Origin: Nageia nagi | Taxonomy: Eukaryota; Plantae; Pinophyta | Length of the DNA stretch: 64,000 nucleotides | Assembly: GCA_050084985.1 (NCBI GenBank) | Contig: JBITNC010000001.1 | Coordinates: 9,548,001-9,612,000, forward strand | Direction: 5' to 3' | In this document: piece by piece, positions 37,626-51,607 of the stretch | Layout: the number at the start of each line of letters is the position of its first letter | Numbering within the stretch: the first letter of the stretch is position 1 | Notes under the pieces: generated by a model | Told to the model about the DNA's origin: nothing | What the model saw: the letters and a program-made list of their open reading frames with translations, nothing else | Databases searched by the model: none | Program-made: the position numbers and the translations under genes

Positions 37626-40600
37626 GATAGATTGATAATTATATTTATGATATGTTATGTATGGTTTAGTATGGATCATAATGTGTATAATTTCATATTG
37701 CCTATATGTAACTAATGATATGCATAAATGTTTCATAGTTATGATAATTTGATGATAAAATAAACAATTATAATAACTATTTTTAATAATAATTTATGAT
37801 GATAAGAAAAAAATGAATTACATTAAATAACTCAAACAAAAATATAAGTATTAAATAGATCATGATAAATTGATAAAAGAATAAATAATATGTTCACATA
37901 ATACCATGTGAAAAGATAAAATGGAGATAATAAATGAACAATCCATCTTAAGAAAAGATAATAACAAAAATAATATATGATAAACATGTTTAAAATTTCT
38001 ACAAGACAAGATAAAAATAAGATAAAATGAGAAGTCAATAAGTTAAAGTATAAAACAATATGATAAAATGATAATATAGGATAATAAATAAAAGTTAGGA
38101 GCAAAGATAGTAAATACAATAACAAACATTCTTTAAAGTTTAAACAAAGTAGTGAAAAATGATCAATAAGTTTAAAAAGATAAAACATCATGCTAAAATG
38201 ATATGATAAGATAATTCTTAATAAACATATAAAATTCATGAGTAAAATAAGTGGGAAACATGATAAAGAGATCATATAATGACAAATTTTAACCAACAAA
38301 ACCTATGGTTAAATCATAGAAAATGACACATTGAAGTATGCTAAAAAAAATAATGAAATAATTACTAAAAATAACAATAAAAAAAAAGAGTAATAAAATG
38401 ACCCAAGCAATCAAAAACAAAACTTTTTCAATTTTCAACAGGTGAAAAATGATAAAAGTGTTGAAATTTGATAAACTTAAAATGAACAAACAACAAGCTG
38501 AAAACATAAAATAATTTGACAAAATGATAGCCAATAATTTGATATATTTACAAGATCAAACTACTCGTGAAATAGAGGTGATTTGACCAGTTTTCAAGAT
38601 TAAAAACAATAGCAGCTTGTGAAGGTGTGAAAAGTGTCAATCCTTACTAAAAAGGGTCTATGAAAAATGCCTCAGAGTTTGGCCTCTGAAAGATGTCAAA
38701 ATGATATGATTGAGATAAATCAATTTTTGCTTATGATTCCTAGTATATCCAAGAGAAAATAGAGTTTGGCTTGATAAAAAATCAACATGATTTGCTATTT
38801 TACAAATTAGAAATCGTTTACAATCATTTGAGGTACCAAAATTTAGGACCTTTGTCCCTATTATGAAATGAGAATAAAAATAGTTATAAAACAACACAAA
38901 ACTAATAGATATTATAAGAAATGAAATGATGAGATGAAAAATATCCATTTTGGGAGAAATGATAATGGTATGACACAAAATGACCACTAAATGATGAGGC
39001 ATGATTTTGCATTAATGCCCTTCTTTGATGGAATATGTATATAAGATGATAAGATGATAAAAATGTAAATTGATTATGATTGTAAATATAAAAGTGTGAT
39101 GAAATAAATAGAAAATTTAGAAAATGGATATGAGTTTTTGATGAACAAATCAAATACAATTTTGACAAAATAATTAAAAGAGACATACTATAAAAAGGTA
39201 AAAATCAAATGTTTGTGACCTAAGTTATAGATCAAAATGATATGAAAAGTGATCAAAATTGTCAAGAAAAGATAAAAAATGTTCAAGAGTGAAGAAGAAT
39301 AAAATATGTGTTATCAAAGAATGTACATAAATGTCATCAAATCAAGAGCATTTTCATAAGGAATTCCCTCAGAAACCATGATAATCAATAATCTATGATC
39401 AATCTCGAAGGAATGATGTAAGGAAACCTAATAAATATGATTTTTACCCAAATGGTTGTGTCATCATTGGGATCCCATAGATAATGTATGATGACTTAAG
39501 ACATAAACGGATATGCTAAGATGTCTTTATGATGTTTTGTGATTAAATTAAGTGGGTTAAAAACTTCAAAGCAATCAAGATATCATACAAACAACCATAA
39601 ATGCATAAGAATATGATCAAACAAACAATATAATAGAAGACTTGGTTTATCTAGGATTGTTTAGGATCGAATTCCATGCATGTTTTGGATAATTTTGGCT
39701 CTACTAGGGATCCAAGATATTGCCCAATAGTCTTGACCTAGATGAGGATAAAGAGTAATAAAAAAAGCAAGAATGGTGCATAGAAAATGTTGGCAAGTTA
39801 TGAGAATGACCAAGTGATCACATACATAAGTAATAAAAAATATGTGTACATAAAACAATGGACTATATGGACTACATCAAGAGGATATATTAAAAAAATC
39901 AAATTAAAATATGATAAGATAGAATGCAAGTCATTAAAAAAAAAATTAAGTGTAGAAAAGAAAAAGATGGATGATATCGATTGGTTCAAGTTCCTCTTGT
40001 CCTTCTAAATTTTCTAATTGATATGCACCTATGCCAAATTTCCTCTTAACAATGTAAGGACCTAACCAATTTGGTGCAAACTTATCTCAAACATGCCTTT
40101 CTAAATAAGATTGTTCTTGATTATCTTAAGGTAAAAAGTCCTCAACATCAAATTCTCTAAGCTTAGCATTTTTGTTAAATGCTCTTTTCCATATTTCTTG
40201 ATATAACCTATGATGTTAAATTGTATTAATCTATATCTCATCAAGGAGTGTAAGTTGATCTAATCTTGCTTGTCTAACTTCCACATCTAGAATGAGGCCC
40301 TGAATTGGTACTCTCAAAGATAAGATCTCTAACTCTAAAGGAATAACTACTTTCTCATCATAGAATAATGAGAAGGGGGTGGCCCCTGCAAGTGTCTTGA
40401 TACTAGTGTGATAAGCCCATAGAGCATAAGGGATATATTTACACCAATTTCTATGACTATCCTTAACCATTTATTTTGAAAATGGTGACTATTATTTTAT
40501 TTGTTGCTTCTTCGTGTCCATTACCTTGTGGATAATATGGTGTGGAGAAAGATTAATTGATATGATGTAAGTTGAATGTTCTCCTCACATGTTGATTTTT

Positions 40601-43600
40601 GAAAAATTTTCCATTATTTGTAGGAATTCTTGTTGGAGAACCAAACTAGTATATAATATATTTCTCAATAAATTCTATAATCTTGGAACCATTAGTAGAA
40701 ACCAAAGAAGTTGCCTCAACCCATTTAGTAAAGTAATTTGTAGTTGTAATGATGAACATATGACCTCTTATTAAGGGTGGAACAAATTTTCCTATAATAT
40801 CACATCTCCATTGTTTAAATGGTCACATGGCCTAAATAGGTTGTAAATCCTAAAATGGAAAATGTTGAATATTAGCATGTTGTTTATATTTAACACATCT
40901 CTTCACATATTCATTGCAATCTTGTTCCATGGTAGGCCAATAATAATCCATTCACAAGATTCTCTTAACAACATTGAAATGACCACTACAAATCTTGGCA
41001 TGACAAGTGGAAATTGCTATTTGTTGATCATAATATTCTAAATATCACAAGAGAACTCCAACAAAAGAACACTTGTAAAAAAACATCTCCTAAAATAGTA
41101 TATTGTGTTGGATTATGTTTAAATGTCCTTTTCTAACTAGATGACATGTTAGGAAAAAGGGAATTCCACTTAAGATATTCATGTAATTGTGTGTACCAAA
41201 GGTCTCTAGATTCTATTGGAAGCTCATTAACATGTGCCTCAAAAATTATAATGGTAAAGATGCCTTGATAGATGATTCTTTGATTATCACTATTTCCACA
41301 TATTGGATAAGGTGATGAGGATTAGGTGGAATTAGTTAACCTAATGATGCATGGTGTCTACAAATCTATTTGATAATCAAAAGGCTACCTCAATTTTATA
41401 TTCCTTAAACCATTTCAATAAATTTTAGTGCAATATCCTTGTAGTTTTGTAAAGGCTCATTGTGACACTGATAGATGCTAAGAATTTGATTAACAACCAA
41501 GAGAGAATTTTTCCTTTTAGACTTATAAGTACTTTGAAATATTGAGGTGGATGCATATCCATAATGGCTTTAACTTTATCAAGACCTACTTCTACACCTC
41601 TTTTTAACATAATGAACTCTAAAAGCATGCCTAATGTGATAGAAAACACACACTTATTAGGATTTAATATAACATTTTTCTCTAAAATTTGATCAAAGAA
41701 TTTTGTTAACACTTCCCAATGTTAGTCTCTTATTCTTGACTTGGCTAATAGATCATCAATATAGTCCTCAACTATATAGTGCATCATATCATGAAATATG
41801 TAGGTCATAGCAAGTTGATATGTTGCACAGACATTCTTAATACCAAAAGGCATGACCTTATAACAAAATGACATACACCATGGGGTTTTAAAAGCTATTT
41901 TATGTTGATATTTTGGGGAAACACAAATCTAATTTTATCCTAAAAACCCATCCATAAGGGATAAAATCTTACAACTCATTGTGTTGTCTACTAAGGTTTC
42001 AATATTAGGCAAGGGAAAATCATCCTTAGGACAAGCCTTGTTTAAATCTCTAAAATTTGTACAAATTTCAATTCTACCATTTGGTTTACCAATTGGAACC
42101 ATATTAAAAAAGCATTGAGGTTAGTCAATATAAGTGATAAACTTAGAATCTAATAAATGTTAAAGATCATCCTTGGTTACTAGTGACTAAGTGGGATGAA
42201 CTCTTCTTGGTTTTTATGTAACTAGCTTTACTTCTAGATGATTGACAATGTTGTGAACTACCAAGTTTGGGTTTAATTATGGCACATCCTAATATTCAAA
42301 TGCAAATATTTTATTATAGCTCTTCAATATAGATGTAGTGGTTTCCTTTTCTAACTCTATCAAAACATCACCTACATAACTAGATTAGGTTGCTCTAGAT
42401 CCTCATTGATATTAATCTCAACTAACTTGCCAAGGTGCATATGTGAACCTTCCTCAAGTTGTTTAAATATGACAAGATAATAATAAACATCTTCATCAAT
42501 ATTATGGATATGAGAATCTAGATAAGACATTGAAGCTCCATCATAAAAGACTTGAGAAGGGAAAGAAAACTCATAAGGAAAGATAGAACCCAAAGGTAAT
42601 GATGAGATATATATGAACTCAAAATCAAAAAAAATTAAGAATCATAATTAAGAAAGTGATAAAAAGGATATTTAACTCATCAATTGAATCCATGTTGATA
42701 TGCATGACTATATTAGAAAATGTATCATGGAAGAAATCAAAAGGGATGGAACACTCTGAAGAAGGAGGACTAGATGGATGCTAAAATAAGTTGACTTATT
42801 TTTCATCATAGTGAGGTTCATTGTGTTCTAGAAGGTTTAGATTAGCTATCTCATCTTCTATAGGTTTATTTTAAGACCAAAATATCCTATATCTCATTTA
42901 TTATTGGTGGATTGAAAAGGAATAAAAAAATATGAGCTTTTCCTTTTTCATATTTTCCTAATCCATACCCTTTCCATTTTTACATGGTGAAATATCTATA
43001 CATGAAATCAAGCCATGAAATATAGTCAATTTTGGAATAAATATTTTTCTTTAATTTATGCTTTAAAGGAATGTAACTTGGTGAATCAATGCCTATGTAG
43101 GCAAAGAATGATTGGTTAGGGTATGACCTATAGGATTATGGAATTAATAACAAGTGGAGATTTTTTAGGTCTCCCCAAATCTTTAACCAAAGGAATATTG
43201 AAATGCATATCATCAATTTTATATTCCTCCATGTAAATATTATCATACTTGATGAAAATAAGATGTGGTTATGACTCATTTTTTACTTTATTTTGATCAT
43301 GTGATTGTTTATCAACTTGAGAAGAATATGGATTATCTTCTTGAGATTGTTCTAATATCATAAAAGAAGTTGAAGGAAATCCAACTGATGGAGGAATATT
43401 ATTATAATATGGGGATTTAATTTCTCATGATGGAAAATATTATGATATAGATCTATATGGATCTTGTATTTATGATCTTATGGAATATTTATCATTCATA
43501 TGTGTAGGAGAGGTACATCCAATGGAAGTGAAGAAGATGATGGTGTTGATACTTTTTTTTCCTAGGAGATGATATGATGATGAAGGTTCTTGTAAACTTG

Positions 43601-45700
43601 TTTAAGTTTGGTTTAGATTATTACTTACAAGAACAGTGATAGGAAGGTGATTCATATAAGTCATCTAAATAGGATCAAGAATGATAGCATAATTACAATG
43701 AATATAAATATTTGGATCCATAAGTATACAAATCACTACATCCTCATATACATATTTTAGGCACCTATGTAATGTATATGGAACACACTCCATCTATTTG
43801 ATCCATGGTTGGTTCAAAAGAAGGTTATACTATATCTCTCCCTCTATTAGGTGAGATGTAGTTGGAATTTACTTAACCCCAACTCTAATCAATCAATTAT
43901 TGAATTACAACCTTTAAATGTTGACATTTGTTGGTTTCATGTCCTCTTTGTTTATGAAAAACACAAAATTGATTATCCTTATACCAAGATAATTTTTCAC
44001 CATTAGGTTCTTCTTATCTAATTTATAGTAGTGATATCAATCTAGCATCAAGTAACTTCTTAAGTACATCTACTATATACTTTGCTAATGGTTTCCAATT
44101 CCTCTGTGTGCTTTTGGGCCTAGGTAGTCTTACTTGATTATACCCTTGGTTTTCATTTTTTTTTGTGTGCTTGATTTTGTGGGTCATTTTTGGATGGATT
44201 AAGTGGAGCCAATTGTAAAATTGGTTGTGTTTTTGTACATCATAATAAACTTGTTGCTTTGAGGATTTTGATAAGTTTGATTGTTGGATTTTACACCAGT
44301 GTTGCAAAAAAAATAATTTTTATTATTTCATTCTTAACTTTATATCATCCTCTTGAATCTTAACCTCTTAAATTAACTTATATTGAGATAAAATGTCCTC
44401 AAATGTATGATATTATTGAATCTCTAATATTTGATAGATGTATTTATTGCAACTTATAGAAAATAGCTTGACCATATCCTCTTGGAGTAGTGTGTAGGAA
44501 TGTATGTAAATAAAGTTCTCCATATGCACACATAATCTAATGTAGAATCATCCTCAAATATGATAACTTGCTAAGATCTGTAATTGAAGCTCTCTTTATG
44601 AGATTGATGGAAAAGTGATATAGAAACTGATTATCTAATTGTTCAAAGGAATAAATACTATGCTATGTAAGGTTGTTATACCAATCCAAAGCTTTCCCTA
44701 CCAATAATAATAGATAAATTTATAAGATTGATAATATCATCATTACTTATGATGTAGCATAAATACTCGAGCTATCTCAAGTTCTCTCTCGAATCTTATT
44801 TTCCTCTATACTTGTCCATGTTAGGAACCTCAAACTTGTAAGGAAAGTATTTAGTTGTAATTTAAGGATGAAAATTAAGGTATATGATAACTTTAGTTTC
44901 CCTTGATCACTGATCTTTGATTCCATTTCTTATAACCTCTTTAAAATATCATCATTCACACTTGGAGGTTTAGCATTTGTTGCCACTTGTTGATTAGGTA
45001 CATAATTAATTAGTTCTTATTTTCCTTAACCATAATCTTATACCTGAATTTTACCAATAGATTTATGTAATGGTTGACTTGGGGAAAAAATTACTTGAGG
45101 TGAAAAGTATGATTAGTTTTTGTTAAGAACCACTTGAATCATGTGGTGTCGCAATCCTTGATGATTTGAAAATTGAGTTTTTCTAAGTTTTCAATTTTGA
45201 ACTTGTTAAAAAGATTGAGTGTACCCTTGATTAAGATTTTTAGTTACTTATATTTATTGGATATAATTATACACTTGTGAAGGATTAGAAATTTATGGTT
45301 GTATGTATATTTTATTGGGTTGTTGAGGTTGTACAACCACTTGTTGAGAAGATGAATAATTTGGTTATGGTTGTACTTGTGTTGGGTCTGATTGGTATCC
45401 TAGGTTCAAATGTACTTTTTATTGTTGAATATTAGAGCATTCATATGATTGTTGAAGTTTTGAAGGTTGGGTTTTACTTTGAGGAACATTGATTGGTTGA
45501 TGAGAAATACCTAGAGCATTTTGTGGTATCAAGTTACTTTGTAATGTTGATTATGATTTTTTATAGGAAATATTAAACTACAAAAAAATTGGGCTTAGAG
45601 AACAACTAGTTTAATATGATTCTTTAATAGTGGCTAAAAATCACTATTGTATTATATATTAAATGGTGATATTGATGGGAAGTTATAAACCATCATTTTA
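37626..45700 (-). mobile_element. Old, heavily decayed Ogre/Tat-type gypsy: gag, partial PR, G-patch, RT, partial aRH, INT and a long T-rich 3' region
   Basis: INT YIPYALWAYHTSIKT..GATPFSL (40231-40470); RT LNPNKCVF (41425-41712), YIDDL (~41750-41765), CPKDDFPLP (~42005-42035); GYGLGKYEKG (~42945-42975); RT joined directly to mid-aRH (VVNQILSIYQC), so RH is deleted; no LTR recognisable. Confidence 0.8.
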
Positions 45701-46296
45701 TATGTATATATAAGGTGGATTTTGATGGTGGTAATAATCTACCCTAAAATATGATACAATGAAAGTTAAAAATCATCATAAATGCAAAATACCTTAAAAA
45801 GAAAATATATTTGGGTAGGAACATTGCAAAATTTGGTGGCCCACCCAAATATCCAATTTCATGGTTCCCACTCCCCACAACAAAGCTTCCACTCCCACTT
45901 CATGCATAGGTGATAAATGAATGAATCCATCATCTTTCCTACAAATTGTTCAAGGTACCAAGTCATAAATGATGTTATTTATCTTGTATTAGCATAGATA
46001 AGAAGGTTAACCCTACATTTATTATGTACTAAAAATAGGAGGAAAAGAAAACAAGAAATATGGATGGATCCAACAACATATTGGTCAAGGTATGATGTCA
46101 TAGAATTATCTTTTACTTCATCTAACTTTCAAGAAGGTCAACCATAATAGTGTTGCATTAGTAATACGATAATAATAAATTATGAATTACTAGCAAGCCT
46201 TGTAATTAGGAGGAAAAGAGAGAGAGGAAGGTGTGAAGCATAAGGTGGATTAATCCATCACCATATTGGTCAAGGTATGAAGCAAACAAAACCCCA

Positions 46297-46570
46297 TTTT
46301 TCATACATGTCTAGTAGGGTTGTTATCATAGTTTCATGCAAAGGAAACCCATATCTAGTTATTTTTCCATGCTCTATTTTATTCAAACAAGACCCTTGCC
46401 ATATTAATGCTCCCATATTTCACATACATGTCTATGAGGGATGTTATCACAATTTCATGTAATAGAATATTATATCTAGTTATTTATCTATGTTTCATTT
46501 TGTTAAAATAAAATTGTTATTTTCTTAATATTCCCACATTTTGCATACATGTCTATCAAGCTTGTTATGC
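46297..46570. repeat. ~120-bp degenerate tandem repeat (~2.3 copies)
   Basis: catacatgtct recurs at ~46302, ~46423 and ~46543, with catatctagttattt/tatatctagttattt in the first two units. Confidence 0.65.
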
Positions 46571-46690
46571 ATGGATCCTTGCTTGCCTAGAATACAACTA
46601 TGAGATCATGGTAGTCAAATACTTTTCTAAAGTAAATAATTTTATGGAAAAATATTTATTCCATTTCCATGGCCAACATCTTTTAGTCAA

Positions 46691-48090
46691 TCACTAGTAA
46701 TACCACATGAACATTTTCCATCCTTGTAGTAAAAATGGTTGGCATCCCTTACAAAAATTTCTCATGCAATAATTTTGGACAAAAAATTTATCACTTAGTG
46801 CAAGTTACCACATACTTGAAGGTTCTTTATAACTTGAATGTTTATACCAGAGTATGTTCTTAACAACCCAAAAGTAATTTTTAATTTTTTCACTATGGAG
46901 GTGAAGAATTCATTCCTACTCTTCCTCCTTTACATATTGCTCAACAAATTTGTTCATACAAGGTATGGTAGCAAAATGATAAAGGAAATATTAAACTACA
47001 ATTAAGAGTTGCTCTACTTTTTTCATACCAAAGTACTGGATTACTTTTAAGTCATTCTCTAGCATCTATTATTCATCAAGCATTTTCTATTTCTTTAAAT
47101 TATTTCTCCTTTCATATCTGTGATTCTTGCACCTCCTTTTCAAACTCTTCACTATATAATCATATAGGATTCTTAAAAAATAGTTCAATACCATGAAATT
47201 ATAGTATTAAAAAATAAGGCTTTCACAAATCGTTTAATTCCATTAGTTGAAACTATAATTTTAAAAAACACTAGTATTGTACTTGGAATATATCTTGCTA
47301 CCTTCATCTCACTCAAACATTTCTCCAATTTTTCCATAGATATCCCATGTTTTGGGTGTGATTTGTCTCTATCAAGAAAATCATGTACCCTTTTATCAAC
47401 TTCAATACAAGTACATCCAATTATCTTCTTGATTCATCTTTCATCAATGTCATTACTCTTTGAACATCATCCCAGTTTCCCAATTTAACATAAATATTTG
47501 AAAGAAGAACATAAAATGAAGCATTTTTAGGCTCCAAAAAAAAATGATTGTGTAATTATTCATCCCAATAATAATGCAATAAAATTAACTTATGTTATTA
47601 AAGTATTTATGAACCTCATCCACTAGACCTGCATGGTTTCATGCAACTAGAACATATATAAAGGTTATACTATCAAGATTAGTTCCCAAGTGCTTCATTA
47701 GATCAAAGATATTAAGGGAATCCTTATTGTAGCCATGGATTACATATCCTTAAATCATTGTAATCCATAAAACTATATGTTCATCATGCATCTTATTAAA
47801 CAATTTTTGAGCCTTGTGTATTCTTTCACATTTTACATACACATCTATCAAGGTGTTCGCAACCACAACATTCAAGGAGAAGCCATTTTCAACTATGTTT
47901 TGATGGATGTTCATACCTTCTTCAAGATCTCCCATGGTAGTACATGCTATAAGAATATTGGAAAAGATTGTAGTGTTTGGTTTTACACTTGACAATTGTA
48001 TATGCTTAAAAGTCTTTTGAGCCTTTTTAAAAACCCCATTTTGTGCATATATTGGGATCATTACAGTCCATGAGATTACATATCGATGAG
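46691..48090 (-). pseudogene. PLS-class PPR-E-DYW (organellar RNA-editing factor family) pseudogene, 5'-truncated
   Basis: PPR motifs in ORF 47750-48061 (VVVANTLIDVYVKCERIHKAQKLFNKM); HAGLVDE; E domain YVLLSNIY..GNWDDV; DYW domain HSEK..IKNLQVCGN..VRDANHF..DGKCSCG; several stops and frameshifts, S2/E1 segment deleted. Confidence 0.9.
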
Positions 48091-49267
48091 TCTATTATCA
48101 TAATTTCAGTGAAAAAAACCCATATATAGTTATTTGACCATGAATGTCCAAGCCCCATTTTGTTATGAATTCTATAGTCACCAAGCAAACAAGTACAAAA
48201 TGTAGCATTAGGTTTTATTGATAGGTTAGGTAATGAAGGTGCCCTAGCATTCCTTCTAGATAATATTTTCTCTTTGCTACAAAAATATGTCTTATGTTGT
48301 ATTGATATTTATTGTGGTAAAAATATGTCTTATGTTATTTTAACAATTTTAAATTCATTTTCTTGATACAATCATCCTATTAAAATATAACTTGATTATT
48401 ACATGCTAGCCAATTAACATAAGCACTAATTAACTCCAAAGGAGTATCATCATTTTAATGGTAGAGATGATCAATGACATAGTGGTTGAATTCAAGATGA
48501 TGAGTATTAACCCTAAAGACTATAAAGGTTACAAGAAATTTGGTATATAGAAAATAATCTCATTTCAAAGGAACAAATAGATGACCACACTAATGAAACC
48601 TCTTATTTTAGCATTTCCATCCTCCTCGCATGAAGCTCCACAAAATCCTTCCCCAATCTCATTTATAAGGAACAAAGAGATTTAATATAGCATAGTTATG
48701 ATGCAAAATACTTGGATATTTCACATATTTGGATATGATATTTTTGATGTAATTAACATGGATATGCATAGTTTTGATGTATCTTTATATGAAACTTGTC
48801 TAAAGAAACATGAAGGAATTTCAAACACCAATATTATTTTATGAAGAGATACCTAATTTTCATTTTCCAAGAATATACTTGCATGATGTTTTTGTATAAT
48901 ATCTTTCATCAATTCTCTCATATATTTGATTTGATTAAGTTATACATGGGCCTTCTATGAATTCTACAAGATCCAAAAACCTGACTAGCCCAATCTAGCT
49001 TAGCCAAGAAGGTCAACCATACTCATATTAGTTTCATTATGGATGTAATATATGATAATAACTATTCATACATTTGAAGTATTGATAGCCTTCTTTCACT
49101 ATACCCCCATGGCTACAATATACAATAAACTAAGAAATGTAACATTATTCAAATTAATGCCCACATATTACACTATTCAAAGAGTTGTAAAACTATGACT
49201 CCATCACATCTATAGAAACTATATAAAAATTGTTGATACAAGTTTTATAGATGTGATGGATGTAGAT

Positions 49268-50830
49268 TTTTATTAGGTCTTATTGGCATTTTATTTATAT
49301 TTTATTTCATCTAGATTCCCATCATGGCCAAGAAGATCAACTATACATGTATAGTACTGCATTTTGGATGTACATATCACTACAAGACCATAGTTTTTCC
49401 ATGTATTGGAATATTAACTTTGTAGGGTGACAAATACCTCTTTCTATAAGAACATATTGGAGTTGCATGCAAGCTGAAGGAAAAATAATGAGGTAGAAAA
49501 TATTGTAACTTCCAAATAGTGATTTATTTAAAGAATACCCCAAAGTGTGGAATATATTATGTTAAGGAGGAGTTAGAGGCTTCATAAAAGCTCTTTATGA
49601 TCATAATATAAGATTTTCACCTCAAGTAGTTGACTCTTAAGATGAAATAAGCATTACCATACATGTTACCTAATTTAGTATCAACATAAAATTTATTCTT
49701 GCTACTACAAGATTGAGAAATTAGGGCTTCATTACCATTGCCTACAAATTGGATAAGGTACTAAGAAAATAAATCCATATTATAATTGTGATAATAAACA
49801 TGATAACAACCAAGAATCAGACTTATTTTCTTAACCTTTTAATTTAGTTTCTTCTCTCTCTTTGTCCAAAACTACTTTCATGAAGTTTTTGTATAATATC
49901 AGCCATGAACACTTACGATATGATATGTAATGGATAGATGATATTTACAACTTTCTCAATTTTAGTATACCAATAAAACCTTATGCAATTGAGATAAAAA
50001 AACATGAGACATGGTGCACTTGGATCATTTCATATCATATTATGCATTGAAATTTTTCATATCATACGGTGCTTTGGATCATTTCATATCATATGTTGTA
50101 CTTGATCATTTAATATCATATGGATGGTGCACTTGGATCATTTCATATAATATGGTGCATTGGATCATTTCATATCATATGGATGGTATACTAGATCATT
50201 TCATATCATATGGATGGTGCACTTGGATTATTTCATATCATATGATGCATTGAATCATTTTTATTAGGTTTTATTTGCATTTATTTATCTTTTACTTCAT
50301 CTTGATGCCCACCATGACCAAGAAGATCAATCATACATGTATAGTGTTGCACTTTGTGTGCAACTTGAGAATTGAAGACAACATGTGGGATGGTACATCT
50401 CATGATGAGACTATAATTTGTCCATGGATTAAAATATTGGCTCTATAGGTTGGAAAATACCTCTTTCTATGGGAATGAGTTAGAGTTGCATACAATATAT
50501 AGGAAAAATGATGAGGCAAAAAATATTGGAACCTATAAATGGGGATTTATATAGAGAAGACTTGGTAGTTTGGAATATCTTATGTCAAGGAGGAGCTAGA
50601 GGCTTCATAAAAGCTCTTGATGGTCATAATCCAAGTTGGTCACCTAAATCAGTTAACTCTTTGGATGAAAGGAGGATTACCATAGATGGTACCCAGTTTT
50701 GTATCAACACAAAATTCATTGTTACTACTTTGTCATCATTGCCTACAAATTGGTCAAGGTAGTAAGAAAATAACTCCACACTACAATTGTGATAACATCC
50801 ATGATAAAAATAAGAATTAAATTTATTTTA
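49268..50830 (+). repeat. Direct duplication (~49268-49830 and ~50259-50830) carrying a degenerate ORF fragment
   Basis: Shared blocks tttattagg..., ccaagaagatcaa, tagaggcttcataaaagctctt, cattgcctacaaattgg; the second copy holds ORF 50508-50762. Confidence 0.8.
50011..50260. repeat. Minisatellite, ~9 units of 27-32 bp
   Basis: Consensus ATGGTGCACTTGGATCATTTCATATCATAT(GG). Confidence 0.92.
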
Positions 50831-51607
50831 CAGAATCTTGTAACTTCACATACTTTTCATTTCTATCATCCATAATAACATGCTTTGCAACACTATCATC
50901 AGATTCTACTATGACCTCTGCATCTTACCTAACATGCCCTTCTAGATTACATTGATTTTGGTTCAATGATAAATTGTCCAAGGGATTTATAAGCTTTCTA
51001 GGTGTTGGATATGGGATTCATAAGGTATTTCATATATGTTTTTAACTACCCATTGATTTATGAAGTTGGAATAGGGCTAAGAATCATGGGATAGAGCTAT
51101 AAATTAAATTTGACCTAATTTGAACTTTAAAAAAACCATAGAAAATGATTATGTATTTTATTATAAGATTTATGGTGATCCTTTTTTTGAGCATTTATGA
51201 GATTTTTAAAGTTGGATCTAATTCTAATGAAGTATGGATTCTTATTATGATGCTAGAATGGATTTGAGATGCTTTAGAAAGTTGAAAATGGCTAAATGAA
51301 TTTTAATGTGAGTGTCATGTCATATTCAAGTAGTTTTCTATAAGAGATATGGTATGAAGGAGGATGTACAAGGACTTCACAGGCTCAGTAGAGATCTATA
51401 ATGCTAATTTGGGTATTAGTTTTCATGATGAATTTTTGGTAAAACTCCTCATTGATAAACATGTAATGCATCAAGTTTTCTCTTCCTTGTTCCATTTACA
51501 AGGTATGCAAATGAATTTCTAATTAAATTAATTTGTATGCTATGATTTTATTTTGATTATTTTCTCTCATGACTATTATATAATTAACTTTTTTAATTTT
51601 ATGTATA

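Noticed and set aside
37832-39186. Hydrophobic minus-strand ORFs as membrane or env-like proteins
   Set aside because: Composition (F/I/L/Y) follows from the T-rich strand; overlapping frames look alike and show no motifs.
50011-50253. 80-aa repetitive ORF
   Set aside because: Translation of the minisatellite.
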